From the NCBI GenBank assembly GCA_964016885.1, contig OZ024743.1:238576001-238640000 (forward strand): a stretch of DNA of 64,000 nucleotides, read 5' to 3'. Below, piece by piece: positions 40,973 to 54,600 of this stretch. The stretch comes from Eledone cirrhosa (lineage: Eukaryota). Within the stretch, counting starts at the first letter, position 1, and every line of letters starts with the position of its first letter. Under the pieces are notes generated by a model, which saw nothing but the letters and a program-made list of their open reading frames with translations, searched no databases and was not told where the DNA came from. Made by a program: the position numbers and the translations under genes.

Positions 40973-43270
40973 TGGCCACAAGAGCTGACATATAGGGACC
41001 AATACAAGAAAACAGGGATAATGGTATTTTACAATGAAATCGAATAATAAACAAATTACCAAAAAATGATTAACAATAAAAATATAAATTCCTCAACAGG
41101 GTGGCAAACCACGCAGGGGTGATTCTGGTGCCTCACCAATCCTGGACCATCCGAAACTTCGAGGGCATCCGTGAAGGGCACCCCCTCCTCATCAAATTAA
41201 CTTGCCTACAGACGCATGCTCAGAGTAAGCCAATTTACACGGACTGTTCTCTCCACATTCACCAACCTTTGAGCAAATGTACTGGGAGCAGCACATCTCT
41301 CTCTACCCTCACCTTCCTGTCCAAATGAAACTTGAAAAATGTTATGAGGAATTGGCCGAAGAGAAAACTGTCTGTCCTTTCAACCTAGTCCACCAAACAA
41401 CCTCTTTCGCTACCGCCACCAGACAGAGGAAACTGCCTGCCCTTCCCGGCTAAAAGAAGGCGGCGAGGCGATCTTAACTGTGGACTCGGTCAATAGCTGG
41501 ATCCGTTCTACACGCAACAGTTGTTCGACATAACTCCACAAGTCAGTAATGCGTCCAGTGTACGTGCAAAACGGTTTAATCGTTCTGCACGGGTCTTACA
41601 GCACTTCTGTGTCTGTAGAATTTATCTCGAACCGGCAGTGCTCCCGGTAGCGCTACCAAGCGAAGAATTTCTGGACGTTATCCATAGTCCACAGCTAGAA
41701 AGTCCTCCGGGACAGACTAGTTAGGTTCAAGTCGCCGACTCCTAGAGCCTCTCCGAGTGCGTGGTGAGACTTGCTCACCACCAATCTTCTTTAGAGCTCG
41801 AGAATGACAGTTACACTGACTGCATCGCCCACCTGGTAGAGGGCAGTGAGCACCTGGCAACATTCCAGATGCTAGGCGTCCAGTCTGGATCTCTTCAAGC
41901 TGAGGAAAAACGTGTCTAGCAAACGGCGTCCGCACCTGTTCCTCATCAAGAAACAGTGGATGTCGTAACCTTAGCGCATGTTTGCGCATCATCAGCCACG
42001 GCATACCCAATCCTCCACGCAGCGAATGTTGACAGTAAATGCAGCACATGCGCAGTGGAATATGTCTCTTCCACAAAAAGCGAAAGAGTAACTGCTCCTG
42101 TGCCGTCAGCCGTCGACTAGGACAAGGCATGACGATCAGGCGGTAGTAAATGACGGACGCGTGGTTCGCCACCTCTGCTCAACCATTCAGGATCAGCTTC
42201 CACTCGACCCATTTCTAGGTTAAAGAGGCCTCCTTGCTCGTTACCTAACTCCTGCTTTTATCCATCAGGAGGTTCGGATCAAACCAGAGCCTGAGCAGTT
42301 GAACATGTCCGCCCGTCCAGCGTACGACGACGGTGTTGGATGGCATTGACCTGCCTCTCTTAAAGCCGAGCTACAGTACTTCCGATATTTCCTGGTTAAT
42401 TTTTGCTCCTATTACCGCTTCGTGTTCCCCGAGAGCGGCACCGATCATCTCACCGTATGTGGGATTCGACACCAATATGGCGACGTCCTCAGCATATTCT
42501 GACACAGATCTCCCACATTCTAGTCAATGCTTCTAATTTGTGTAGTAATTGCTCATGAGTAAATACAGGGACGAGACGGGACATCCTCGGTGGACCGAAC
42601 GCATGATGTTGAATGGTTTCGAAGGGTAGCCAATTACCCTAATCACAGAGCAGATGTCGACTATTTTGAATTGGGGACACCTCATGCTAGCGTTATCAAC
42701 TTCCCTACAAAATACCCTATCTAGATACGATCTGGACGACTCGATTCGGTTTGTCCATGCCTACATAGGCACATTCAGAAGATCCAGTCAGTACCTTTCA
42801 CTCAATTGGAAATGTCTGAGAAGGTTTGCGAGGCTTTTATACCCACCTCCTCAATCTGCTAGCTACATACATTACCGGCGTGCGTCTGAGATGCCAGTCC
42901 AGTTGTTCACTAATTATAAAGAGTCGGACATTCCTAAAAAGGTTTCAAGGATTCTGAACAGACAAGGCCATCCTGCCTCTGTCGTGGTATGGACACTAAC
43001 TACCCTTCGTTGCTGGTCACGTCAAGTCCACCAACTTACCTTCTGGGTCCAAGCCTTTGTGAAACAACACAGTGACTCCGCCTCCAGAACCCGGATAGCT
43101 TTGAGATGCGTACATCTCGTAGTCGCAGAAAATGGGTGCGAAGGCCTCGGAACTTTTGGTCACGTTGATGGCCACCACATCTATGTTCAGTGACCAGAGA
43201 TCGTTGAGTAGGTGGCCCTGCTTCCAAGATGATCACAGACCAAGTGTATTTATGATGCCTATTCAGAGAA
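40973..43270 (-). mobile_element. L1/Tx1-clade LINE remnant (endonuclease, deleted RT, 3' UTR)
   Basis: ORF 41717-42172 reads LLFRFLWK...GGLGMP. Minus-strand AWTNRIESSRSYLDRV near 42720-42770 matches the 63.4-kb copy. The 3' UTR is similar to 63200-63350. Confidence 0.82.
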
Positions 43271-44201
43271 AGGCCATGTATAAAATGGAGGAAAAAGTAG
43301 GAAGGTCTACTTATCTTAGGTTTTTCGGACGAAGGACAGTTGATCCGTCATTCCGCCTATTTGTGGACTACTGCACTGAAATGTCAAAATAAATTCTTTT
43401 GGAAAGTGTCCCTCGGAAGTCTCCAATTATATCGGGTAATTTACGTTTTAAGTGTGTGTATGTGTTTGTATGATTTGTATGATTTGTATGTGTGCGAATA
43501 GTGCGAAATTGGGGGATGTGATGAAGTCTTTTTCTGTAATCTTGATGTGTTGTATGTAGTTCAGTAGTTTTCCGGTAGTATTTATTGCCTTGTAGTGTGT
43601 GAAGTTTGTGTATTTTTGTTGTATTTTGCTGCTGCTGTTGCAGATGAGGGTTTGGTTGTGTTTGGGATGTCGTTGATGGTGTCTGTGTGTTGTTGACGCT
43701 GGTTGTGGAGGAGGGACTGGTGGTGTCGAATTTGTGGTGGGAATGCTGATGATGGTGTATTGGATTTTATTGAGGAGGACGTTGTTGGTGTTGGCGTTGT
43801 GTGTCCTATATTTGTGATGCCTTTTGGGGGTTTCTCTGTTGTTTGTGGCCGAATTTTCCATCAATCCTTGCCTAACTGTGAAAAGTCAGATAAAAGCATG
43901 TCTTCCACTTGTGGTGTTGTTGCATGTGTTGGTGTAAACTTTGGTGTGATAGATGGTTGTGGAGAACCTGCTACTATTGCTGTTGTTACTGTTATTGGTG
44001 AGCTTCTTGGATCTATTATGGCCACTGATGGTTGGTTTATGGTCAATGGGGGATTTGGTGCAGGCAGAGCAGGGGGTCTCGTCTACTTGGTGGTCTTTTG
44101 AGGGATGAAGGAATTCAACAGTGTGTTATTGTACAAGGTCACGCGTTTTCCAACACATCGGGTTGAGGTGAGAGGCTGACTCTATGACCCCCCCTCTTTA
44201 A

Positions 44202-47200
44202 TAGGGGGGGGGGGTTAATTTACAAATCTGCAGACTCAATTTCCGGGCCCCCTTTAAAATATGTAGTGACCCATACCATTCACTGAAATCATACTAAAAA
44301 ATTTTCCCGAGGGCCGGAACCTCCCTGTACATACCCCCTGAAGTTGAGGATGGTCGAAAAGAAGGAAAAGTCCGCTATTATTGCACCTATACTCGATATT
44401 TTTTCGTCACAAGGGGGTTTTGGGGGTCGATAAACTCATTTATGGTATTGCTTTTGTGTTACAACCATCCAATATGCCGGAAAATTAGGATGTCGGATAT
44501 GGGAAACTGTTATTGAACCAACTATTTTGACTAATATATCATTTTTCATGAATGGCATATTTTAAACGCATTTGCGAAGACAAAAAGCTTAACTCTAGTC
44601 TATGGCTTGAAAAAATTCTTATGCATGATTCAATGGTACATTATCATTGGTTTATTTTAAATTATAATTGTTCAACAAGTGATCTAAAGCATCTTTAAAG
44701 TCCTGAATAGTAGCATCCGTTTTACAGCTGACTTTCTCCAGATAAACCCTCAGATTTCGCACGTAAGTATCCACATCTAGTTTCCGATAATTCCTTTTCA
44801 GTTTGAAAATGTCACTGGTTTTTTGGGTATCGATAGCGAAGTGTCCCTTGCATATCTAATTTCTAAATACAACCTTTCTATTTTATCTGTTTCCGAAGCT
44901 GTATCGCTCTCCATATATGTATCTATCTCCTCCTTTTTAGTGAAAGGACCACCTACAGATTTTAGATAATCAAGGTGCTTGTTTCGTCGCTTGCCGGTGG
45001 CGATATTGGCATTTTCCTTGGTTGCGAGGCCTTCGCGTGTCAACTCCTCCTGTCTTACAGTCCATGCTTTCATAATTTCAGGTATTTGGCCGCCTTTTCT
45101 AACCCACTTCCTGTATTTGACGAAAGACCCCGACTAATTTTCGATCAGGTTTTTAGCCTTCATCTTTACTTGAGATGAAGAAGCGGCGGCCAATTGTTTC
45201 GCGCCTCGGCGAGTTATTTCGTAATTAATAAAGCCCACGCCTCTTTCTGAATCGAGGTTGTGAATAGGCGCTTTTTCAAGTTTGGCAGTGTCCATCTTTG
45301 ATAAGGTGTTTGGAGAATCGCGAGCTTCTCCAAATCCGAATATGTCACCCTTTTGCTCCTGGAAGCCATCACCCAACTTCGATAAGAGCACCTTTATGAC
45401 TTTGAATACATCATCTCTCAACTCGCTGGTCGCCGCATTTATCGCATCGCACATTTCGTCATCATATCGGATCTGTCTGAAACGTTCTTCTGATACGAAA
45501 CTCAAAGCTGGTTGGTCGGTAGATAATAATTTGCTGGGATCAATATGTATCAAATCGTCGTAGATCTTATTGAATGCTATCGCCAGTTTGGGATAGTCCG
45601 TCGCTTGTGCAGTCGTGAGTGATAAGAATGGCTCTACCAAATGTAATCCGATGATAGCTCCACTGCAGAACAACACCCGGAAGAAGTCCATATTCATAAT
45701 ACGGCACACTCTGCACGCCAACTGGTTAGTTACATGCTCGAATTTCTGAACGTAAGCAGCTACATCGTCTAGGTGATACAGCGTAACTGCACAAGTTATG
45801 GTAAGCCGATTGAACCGTTCATATTTCAATGAAACGGACTTGTTTTTGCGTGGATGTATAAACGAGTCAAAGTCATTCGCCTTGTTCCAATTTTTGTGGC
45901 TGAAATCATGGCATATCAATCTTGTTATACAGTCGAGGGCTTGCTCTGTGACGCTTGAGGCATTAGTAGTTGCATTCACTAGAAAACTCGAGAAGATTTT
46001 GTCTCTACCAATTTCGTTTTCAATTTCAGACCATAGCTTCGTCAAAACCCCGTTGAACATGAGGGAAGGATGAACATTACAGAAAAGGTGGTCTGGAACG
46101 TGTTCAGTCTCTAGTTTTTCAGCTAGGATCGCCTCAACCTCGAAATTGTGTGATGTCTGATCAGTTATCACAAAATCAATTTTTTCGAAGAGTAATTTGA
46201 CAGCTTCTAGTATGGACAAAACAGCCAATTTTAAATCAGCCAAGTTCTGTCGTGATTCAGACGCTATCGGTAACGTAGGAAGCGCTCTGTACTTTCCACC
46301 AACTGTCATGCCCTGTACACTGAAAGATCCAACACCTTGTTTTTTGGACCCGTCGTCGTGATAGGTAATCACGCTGTTGGTATCTGAATACATGATTTCC
46401 TTAACTATGCAGTCCAGTGCCATCATTTCAATACCTTTTCCGCTCTCTCGAATACTACGATTATGAGGTAAAGTATCGAGATCTATCACGTCAATTTCGT
46501 TATGTAACTTCCATTTCCTGTCAAACAATTTATTTCCAACAACAACTATCGCGGCATTAGCCTGATTTTCAGACATATGAGTTATGGATTTCAGTTCATC
46601 GATAGTTTCTCTGATTCGTAGGTGTCTGAAACATGGGGGTAGAAGATCATCTCCGAAGTCCAATGATGCCACAACATTACGCTTCTTAGGAACCGACGGA
46701 GCACTTGTTCGTTGTCTTCGGTAGAGTCCGAAGACACATCCATAAATAATTGGATCATTTCTTGCTATTTTTCAGCTCTCTGCATCTGTTTTTCCAAAGA
46801 TTCAATGTCACTTTTCCTCCTTTTCATTGTCTTTTCCCACTTTTTATCTATGAAATTCTCACAAAACATTTCAGGGTCCTTGCCCTGATCATGAAGGAAT
46901 TCCCACTCATCGTCCGTCATGGTAACTCCGTGGTAATTTTCTAGTTTCTTCCTCACTACGGCGTTCTCGCAGAATATATCAAATATATAATCCACTTCGT
47001 TGTTAAATTGTTAACCTCCTCCAAGTACTTTTCATTTCTGCTGTTCTTCCTCGATTGATATAGTCGTTGAAATTCTGCATATAATTGAAGTATTTTCCGT
47101 TTTATATGTTTTATCGTCACTGTATATACGTTACAGGAAATCCAGTGTTCTGATAGCACATATGAGAGGGACAATGCTGCTTCTTCTTTTGATCTCTGAC

Positions 47201-47862
47201 TCTGGCCTGCACGTGATGGTTGCATTAGATACATCATGTTCGTGATAACATTCCTTTTCGTGGGTAGAAGTCCATTGGAGAATCCTGCAGTTTCCACATA
47301 TTCCAGTTCACCGAGAATCTTCTTCTCGGACGATCGCAATGGTAATTTTGTGTGCCTGTATGCCATTTCAAAAATTGGACGTTAATCTGAAAGTACGAAA
47401 GATATGGTGCATGTGAGATCACGGGGAAATACAGGTTCGGCTAAAGAACGAAGCAATAACGAATTCGGTAGACGTTAAACATGAGAAACTATTTATTACA
47501 TGAGACAACATAACTCTCGCAGTGAAAAATTATTGTACCCGCCATATCAAATTTTGGTCGCCATCTTGGATTTTGGTCGCTATCCTGGATTTCCGGCATA
47601 TTGGATGGTCATAATGCGAAAACAATACCATACATGAGTTTATCGAGCCCCAAAACCCCCCTTGTGACGAAAAAATATCGAGTATAGGTGCAATAATAGC
47701 GGACTTTTCCTTTTTTCGACCATCCTCAACTTCAGGGTATGTACAGGGGGGTTCCGACCCTCGGGAAAATTTTTTAGTATGATTTCAGTGAATGGTATGG
47801 GTCACTACATATTTTAAAGGGGGCCGGGAAAAAATCCATATTTATCACCCCCCCCCCCCCTA
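44202..47862 (-). mobile_element. DNA transposon with ~290-bp TIRs (TAGGG...CCCTA termini), hAT-related DDE family
   Basis: 44202-~44490 is the reverse complement of ~47580-47862. Flanks tctttaa / actttag share cttta (candidate degenerate TSD). Subterminal gccatcttggattt-like repeats lie at 47540-47606. Confidence 0.9.
44652..47366 (-). pseudogene. Frameshifted DDE transposase (~900 codons), hAT/hATm-like
   Basis: ORFs 46956-47366, 46765-46995, 45134-46672 and 44798-45073. Candidate D (YHDDGSKK), D (ITDQTSHN), CxxH (FCNVH) and E (NLDSERGVG). N-terminal pattern LPT..VI/W/FDI/EFLxDQ. Confidence 0.8.
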
Positions 47863-48774
47863 ACTTTAGCATCCGCTTAGTCTCCCTCATTTCCTTTTCT
47901 TTGTCAATTCATGTTTCTGTATTTTTCATTGCGCCCGCGAAGGAAACAGTTGATTTTGAGTGATCCTTCTGTGTTGTGTTGGGAAGGTTCGTACATATGC
48001 TATTGCTGCTGTTCGTACTATTGCTACTGCTGCTGTTGTTGTTGTTACTCTCACTGTTACTGATGTTGTTGGTGCTTCTCTCGTTGTTGTCACTCTTGTT
48101 GTTTATGTTATTATTCGTGCCAGTGCTTTTCGTTGTTGTGGGGATGGTAGAGGTGATATTATTGTCGTTGCTGTCTTTGATTATGTTTGTTATTTGTTTA
48201 GATGCTCTGGGCATGATGGAGGTGGTGGCGGTGTGGTATTCCTGTAATACCGGATATTTATTTTCATATATGTTTTATTGTATGAATTTTGTCGTCGCTG
48301 TTTGTGTTTTGCTTTACTGATATTATTGTTGCAGCTGCTGTTGTCAATGTAGTTGTTGTTGTGGTAGTAGTGATAGTGTTTGTATGTGATTTGGTGATAG
48401 TGGTGGTGGTAGTGGTGACGCCATTGTCGACTTTAGGACTCAAATGCCAATAGCTGTCACGTGATGCGCACCTTTAACTACCTTTGTCGTAAGTGTGTAG
48501 TGTGTGTGGGGGTGGGGTGCATATCACCTCCATCTAAAAAAAGAGCACGCTTGTGAGGGTAAACTTTAAAAATAAAAGTTCAAATATTTGGGCCCAAATA
48601 TTATGGGGTCACCATTATGCCCTCATAATATTTGGACACAAATATTATAAGGTTTCCCTTATGCCTCATTCGTAACAGAAACATCTAACAACAAACATAT
48701 TTAAATACGTTAAAACAATAAAGTTATTCGAGCTCACAATAGTACTTCTCGATTCAATCACAAATAATAATTGT

Positions 48775-48960
48775 TTCTGATTTAGGCACCAGGCCAACAA
48801 TTTTGGCTGAGGAGAAAGTACATTAAATAGACACCAGTACATTACTGGTACTTTATTTTATCGACACCGTAAGGATGAAAGGCAAAGTTGAATTTGGTGG
48901 GATCAACTTTGTCTTCCATCCATTTAAGGGTCAATAAGATAAGATAAAAGTAAATTACTA
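48775..48960 (-). mobile_element. SINE family A partial copy with a short inverted continuation
   Basis: aaggatgaaaggcaaagttg is followed by caactttgtcttccatcc. Confidence 0.75.
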
Positions 48961-49450
48961 GGGTCACACTGCGGGGTGACCTAGACGGAAGATCTCCTGA
49001 TAGGGGATAAAGGCTCCATGATGGTTGTGGGTGGTTATCAGTATGATGTAACGATGGGAGTTAATTTGCTACTTCCATGTTCTATTAGTTTCCCCTTGAT
49101 AAGTTCTAAGTAGCAATTTCTGGTTACTCAGCTATCTAGGTTATTGGACTATGCACTGGGTTATAGAATGTTTTGCTCGCAGTTTGCTTTAGGGCTATGC
49201 TATTATGGTTAGGAGGTTTGTATTTTAGTATAATAGCTATAGATTTTTAGGAAGGATTTAGATATTATGTAAAGGCATGGACTAAATAAGTCTACTCTAC
49301 TATTATTCACAAGTGCCACACACATAATATATATATATATATGTGTGTGGGTGGGGTGGGTGGGTGTAAAAGGTAAACAAATAACAACACAATCGGTGCA
49401 GTATATGGAAGGAATATGTTAGGTTAACGCTTGAAATAGCAGGAGGAGGG

Positions 49451-49486
49451 TCTTAACGTTTCGGACCCTAGTCCTTCATCAGAAGA
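49451..49486 (-). ncRNA. Minimal type I hammerhead motif (degenerate inverted paralog at 49789-49827 +)
   Basis: Minus strand reads ucuu-CUGAUGA-aggac-uagg-gucc-GAAAcgUUA-aga, with a palindromic aacgtt in place of stem III, as in minimal PLE hammerheads. Confidence 0.65.
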
Positions 49487-49951
49487 AAGAATGAAAAATA
49501 AGATAGATTGAAGTAACGGGTGGGTTGGAATTGTAAAAAATGTCTTTAGATAAAAATAACATGTCCATTGATGTTGACATCTCTTGGAAAAAAAAAATAT
49601 ATATATATACATTTATGCATACATATATATGTATAAATATATACACACGTAAATATACGTAAATATGTATATATTGCACGCATATATATACACACAAACA
49701 CACATATCTAAACACACACGTGCTTTGCCTTTATTAAACTTTTTTCTTTGGTAGAATGTTCTATATATTTCTACTTCCTTCATTTCTATCTTCTGACAAC
49801 AAAGGACTAACGTCCGAAACAGTAAGAATCTTTTTCTACTATATAAAACTTTTACCTAATATATATCTTCATTGTATTGTATCGTTTTTCTCTATTGTTT
49901 ATCTGTTTACTTTTCGTACGTACTCACACACATAAACACACATAAACACAT

Positions 49952-50060
<109 letters not shown>

Positions 50061-50567
50061 AAGCGGCATTTCCTTTCGTATTACTTGAGTGTATCCCTAT
50101 GTAAAATAAAAACACTCTGCTTCTATCTTCATTTCACACAGAAGTTTTGCAGTTATTATCTATTCATGAACTATTAGCTCCCTACTCATTATTTTCTAAA
50201 TATTTTTCATAAGATGGCTGTCCCTTCTGATTCGACTGTGGCAGATTAGCAGCTTACGGTGATCTTTTATTACTTCCACAATGATTGCGATCTCACTCTT
50301 ATGTTTTCAATCTTGGGACATAAATATTTTCCTTATTTTATCTTTGACTTATCCACCCACACATCTCTTATTTGCTTCCCTTGATTTTGTATTTTTATGA
50401 TTCTATCATATTTGTTTCTTTTGTTCACTCACTCATATTTTCACTTGCCCACTCAATATGACTTTCTACCCACTCTCTTTCTCTCTCTCTATCTATATGT
50501 ATGCCTATCTATCTATATATACAAACATATATACATACATACACAGACAAACACACACACACACACA

Positions 50568-50657
<90 letters not shown>

Positions 50658-50661
<4 letters not shown>

Positions 50662-50830
50662 AATTCGGGACCCCGACTGCTGAGCTCCTGCCGTTTCAAC
50701 GGCTAGATTCGGATCTAGCTGTTGAAACAGCAGAAGCTCAGCCGTCGGGGCCCCGAATTTTTCATATTACCTAATCTGCTACCCCAAGTATCGAGTACTC
50801 TGGTGTAATGGTCTAACTGGTTTTTACTGC
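50658..50830 (+). mobile_element. Hairpin element family copy 2
   Basis: Hairpin gaaaaattcggg...cccgaatttttc is followed by the tail ctaccccaagtatcgagtactctggtg. Confidence 0.8.
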
Positions 50831-51320
50831 TTCCATTCTTATATATATATATATATATGGATAGAAATCCAAGATGAAGAATTTTATATTTTATGTATCT
50901 TATATCTTTATTATATTACTCTATGTTGATTCTCTGAGTTTCAAGAGTTTCAGAGAATCATCTGGAATCTGAAAAACTCATTGTGCAACAGAAAGTGATT
51001 TCGGTTAAACAATAAAAAAAATATAATATTTGTTATTGTGTATTTTTTCTTCGTGTTTGCAAATCTAAAGGTAAGGATATATATATAAATATATTATAGT
51101 GATTTTCTGCACTTTTACCATTTCCACTGCGTGTAACCAGTTGCTGCCAAACTGGAAGAGCTCAACTATAGTGCAGGAACTTATAATATCTAGTCTATTT
51201 TCTTAAGCATAACATCCCAACTATATATAAGGTGTAGTCCAGCTTCCACAGTTTAATTGTATCTATTAAAGTTTTCGGATATATTTCAAATATTTCAAAT
51301 TGTAAAAATAATTGATAGAC

Positions 51321-51375
<55 letters not shown>

Positions 51376-52019
51376 ATACTTGGGGAGGATCATATTTGTG
51401 TAATATTGCCAGAATTAATAACAGAACACACTACTGTTTGGTTGGTTTTCGCTTCTCGCTGTCTTTTATATCTGCGATCTAACTTAATATATATATAAAA
51501 GCAAAAGGGATATTCAATTTGTTGGTAATTCAACAAATATAAATGTTTATAACAGATTCGTAGCACTCGACAAGTTTTCTGGAGTATATAATTCAATGAT
51601 ATTAAATAAATGGAAACAATATTTATAAACCTATATTTATTCTATTATATATATTTCAAGGTTACCAAAACTTTGGTACACTCTCATCAGATAAAATACA
51701 AAGTTTGTTTTATAAATATTGACATAACCAGGAAAGAAGAACTTAACGTTTCAAGTTTTTCCTGGAAAAACTTGAACCTTTAAGTTCTTCTCTAACCGCC
51801 GTCTTCTGTAGACGGCGGGTAGAGAAGACGTATGTATATTTTCTTACTATGATAATTTGTAATATATTTTACATAGATAAATAATAGAATGGACATACGG
51901 GGATCTACCCCCCAGAAACGATCGTAAAATAATGAGTTTTACTACGAATTAACCGTTTTTTGTTTAATTTTATTGTTTCACTATTTGTATATCTCTCTAT
52001 ATATATATAACGAAGGAAA

Positions 52020-52217
52020 TGTGGTAAGGAACCAGGTGGACCATAACGCACCAAAGTACTCAATACTTAGGGTAGTAGAGTGGGTAATAGGAACGAGTAG
52101 GACCCCGACGGCTGAGCTCAAACCGTTTCGACGGCTAATTCTGGACTAAATATCCAAATTTAGTCCAGAATTAGCCGTCGAAACGGCTTGAGCTCAGCCG
52201 TCGGGGTCCTACTCGTT

Positions 52218-52222
<5 letters not shown>
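52020..52222 (-). mobile_element. Hairpin element family copy 3
   Basis: Near-perfect palindrome at 52087-52222 plus the shared tail. Confidence 0.85.
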
Positions 52223-52280
<58 letters not shown>

Positions 52281-52312
52281 TTATACAAATATATATGTAA
52301 TATATATATATA

Positions 52313-53375
52313 TACTCTTTTACTCTTTTACTTTTTTACCTGTTCCAGCCATCCGGCTGAGGCCATGCTGGGGTACCGCCCTTGTTGCTACACATTTTAT
52401 CTCCAGCCTGTATTGGTTGGCCACTGGTGTAAGAGGGAGTTTGTAGCTGCTGCCCTTAGGTTTCACTTGCTGTGGGCTCATCCGGGATCCTGTATGGCAA
52501 GGTCTCGAAATGTTTCTTGAAGACATCCACCTCCACACCATGCAGATCTCTCAGATCCCTCGGCAGCTTGTTGAAGAGTTGAGGGCTCTTGAATCCCAGG
52601 CTATTGCAGTATCTGCTCCTTATTCTAGATGTGGAAGACGGGATCTTTGGCACCACACAGTGACGTCCTGTTCGACGGTTGGTCCAGCTCCCAATGCCAA
52701 AGTTTGGTGCTAGTTCTTCCAGGATTTTCCACATGTAGATCACTGCGTATCTCTCCCGTCTTTGTTCCAAGGAGTAGAGGTTCAGTTCTCTTAGCCTCTC
52801 TCAGTAGCTTGTCTCCTTCATCGTTGGATTGCCTCAAGCTCCGTGGTTAGTTTGACACTATGTGGTGACCACAACTGGGAGCAATAGTCCAGGCGGCTTA
52901 GTGTCAACATGGTGTCTCGGTTTCTTGTCCGGAAAGTCCTCAAGATCCAGCCAGCGAGTCGTTTGCACATTGTCACCACTTTCATGATGTGTGAGGAAAA
53001 AGATGCATCATCGCTCATGTCTATACCCAGGTCTCGTATCGATTTTTACACGGGGATATCGGTCCCCCCCTGGTCCTGCATAACTGTGTTGTACTGTATT
53101 TGTGTTTGCATGTTTGTATTGTAGGGCCTGGAATTTTCCAGCATTAAACTGCATGTTGTTTTCTTCCGCCAATTTGTATATGGCATCCAGATCTTGTTGT
53201 AAAAGGGCAGCGTCAGCCGGGATTTTGATTGCCTGTGCTACCTTAGTGTCGTCAGCATAGCTAGTGTGGGATGCTGTTATATGTACTACAGAGGGCATGT
53301 CTGGTAGAGCCACTAGAAACAGTAGTGGTCCCAGGACTGTCCCTTGGGGCACCCCACTTGTTATTGATGTTTCAG
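52313..53375 (-). mobile_element. CR1-group LINE 3' fragment
   Basis: Reads GVPQGTVLGPLLF...YADDTK...LQQDLDAIY..MQFNAGK; SRLDYCSQLWSP; LEQRRERY. The 3' tail is (aaagagta)n next to (TA)n. Confidence 0.92.
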
Positions 53376-53584
53376 GTCAGATCGATACAGATTGAACCTT
53401 GAGCTGGTCAGTGGCGAAACGCGCGTCACCAACCAATAAACGTAATGAGGGAGTAACCAATCGTCCTTGTTATCTTATTTAACTTAAATACACTCTGTCT
53501 AGCTCTACACCTCGACACAGAAGTGAACCTAAACATCGAGTGCTCACCCAGGTGAACCTACAGTAACTCCAAGTTACACGCCCT

Positions 53585-53587
<3 letters not shown>
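53376..53587 (+). mobile_element. Probable PLE terminal fragment (3' half of a hammerhead + AATAAA)
   Basis: Reads ggcGAAACgcgcGTCaccaaccAATAAA and ends at (TA)n. Confidence 0.5.
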
Positions 53588-53645
<58 letters not shown>

Positions 53646-53757
53646 ATGTGTTGATTGGAGTAAGGTGGAATGTAAGCCTTGCTCAAGGATATATTGCTAT
53701 ACCTAATCCAGGGATTGAAACTACAGCTTTACGATCTTAAATGGTATATGAGATAAT

Positions 53758-53940
53758 TGTTTCTACTTTAGGCACAAGGCCAGCAATTATCCAGTGCATT
53801 ACTGGTACTTTATTTTATCGACCCCGTAAGGATGAAAGGCAAAGTCAACCTCGGCGGGATTTGAACTCAGATCGTAAAGGGACGTAACTATGCTGGAAAG
53901 CATGGCGTCCGACCCTCCACCGATACTGCCAATCCACCGC
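53758..53940 (-). mobile_element. SINE family A copy with 18-bp target-site duplication
   Basis: aatggtatatgagataat occurs at 53740-53757 and 53941-53958. Confidence 0.95.
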
Positions 53941-53989
53941 AATGGTATATGAGATAATGTAAACTAAGTAGTTAGGATGGTCATGACCT

Positions 53990-54600
53990 TTTGATCCACA
54001 CGAAAATGAAAAGGTCATTCAAATTCTAGTATTTTCATATCTTTCACTCCTTTACGTTACCGGTATTAGTGTCCATGTTTGTTATCGGTGACAAGGCTGG
54101 AATGGAATCTTTTCTTGACAGACATCCTTCGAGAACGACATAGTAATTTCTTCGTGATGGTGTTTGAAATAATTCATGCTTCTGAATAAGTTTTATGTTT
54201 TGCAACCATAAGACTTTGTACTACCGATTTGTTTAATGCATTGCTATACAACACGGTTACTCATTTTGTGGTTATCACGACTTCTATGTTGGTAATTGCA
54301 GTTATATTAGCTTTGTTTGCCTCCGTTTGTATCCTACTGAATGATTCTGTGGTGAAACGGAATGATTATACTTTCAGAAGTTAAAGAAAAACTTTTGTAT
54401 TGTTCCTGTTGAATAATTTATGGTGTTTATTGTGGAAGTGTTTGTTGATTAAAGAGATGGTGAGTTTGTTGTAAAGATTAAAGGGAATGGCACTATCACT
54501 GATGAAATTCCCATACAAGGATTCAAACTATTCTAACTGTTCCTTATTTTACCGTCCCCGAATATATTGTTTACATTTGTTTATTCCATAGTGTTGGTTA
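53990..54600 (-). pseudogene. Decayed PLE linker/GIY-YIG remnant
   Basis: Minus-strand INKHFHNKHHKLFNRNNTKVF matches the motif region of 14045-14823. Confidence 0.55.

Larger units (their letters stand above)
43448..48430 (-). mobile_element. Probable 5'/ORF1 region of the same Tx1 element (43448-44200 and 47863-48430), split by the DNA transposon
   Basis: Low-complexity N/T/S-rich minus-strand frames lie on both sides of the 44202-47862 insertion and upstream of the Tx1 endonuclease. The assignment is positional. Confidence 0.45.

Noticed and set aside
48960-49310. Additional GIY-YIG remnant on the minus strand (TYQGETNRTWK); similar weak signal at 56330-56640
   Set aside because: A single short degenerate motif with stops is too weak to annotate without an alignment.
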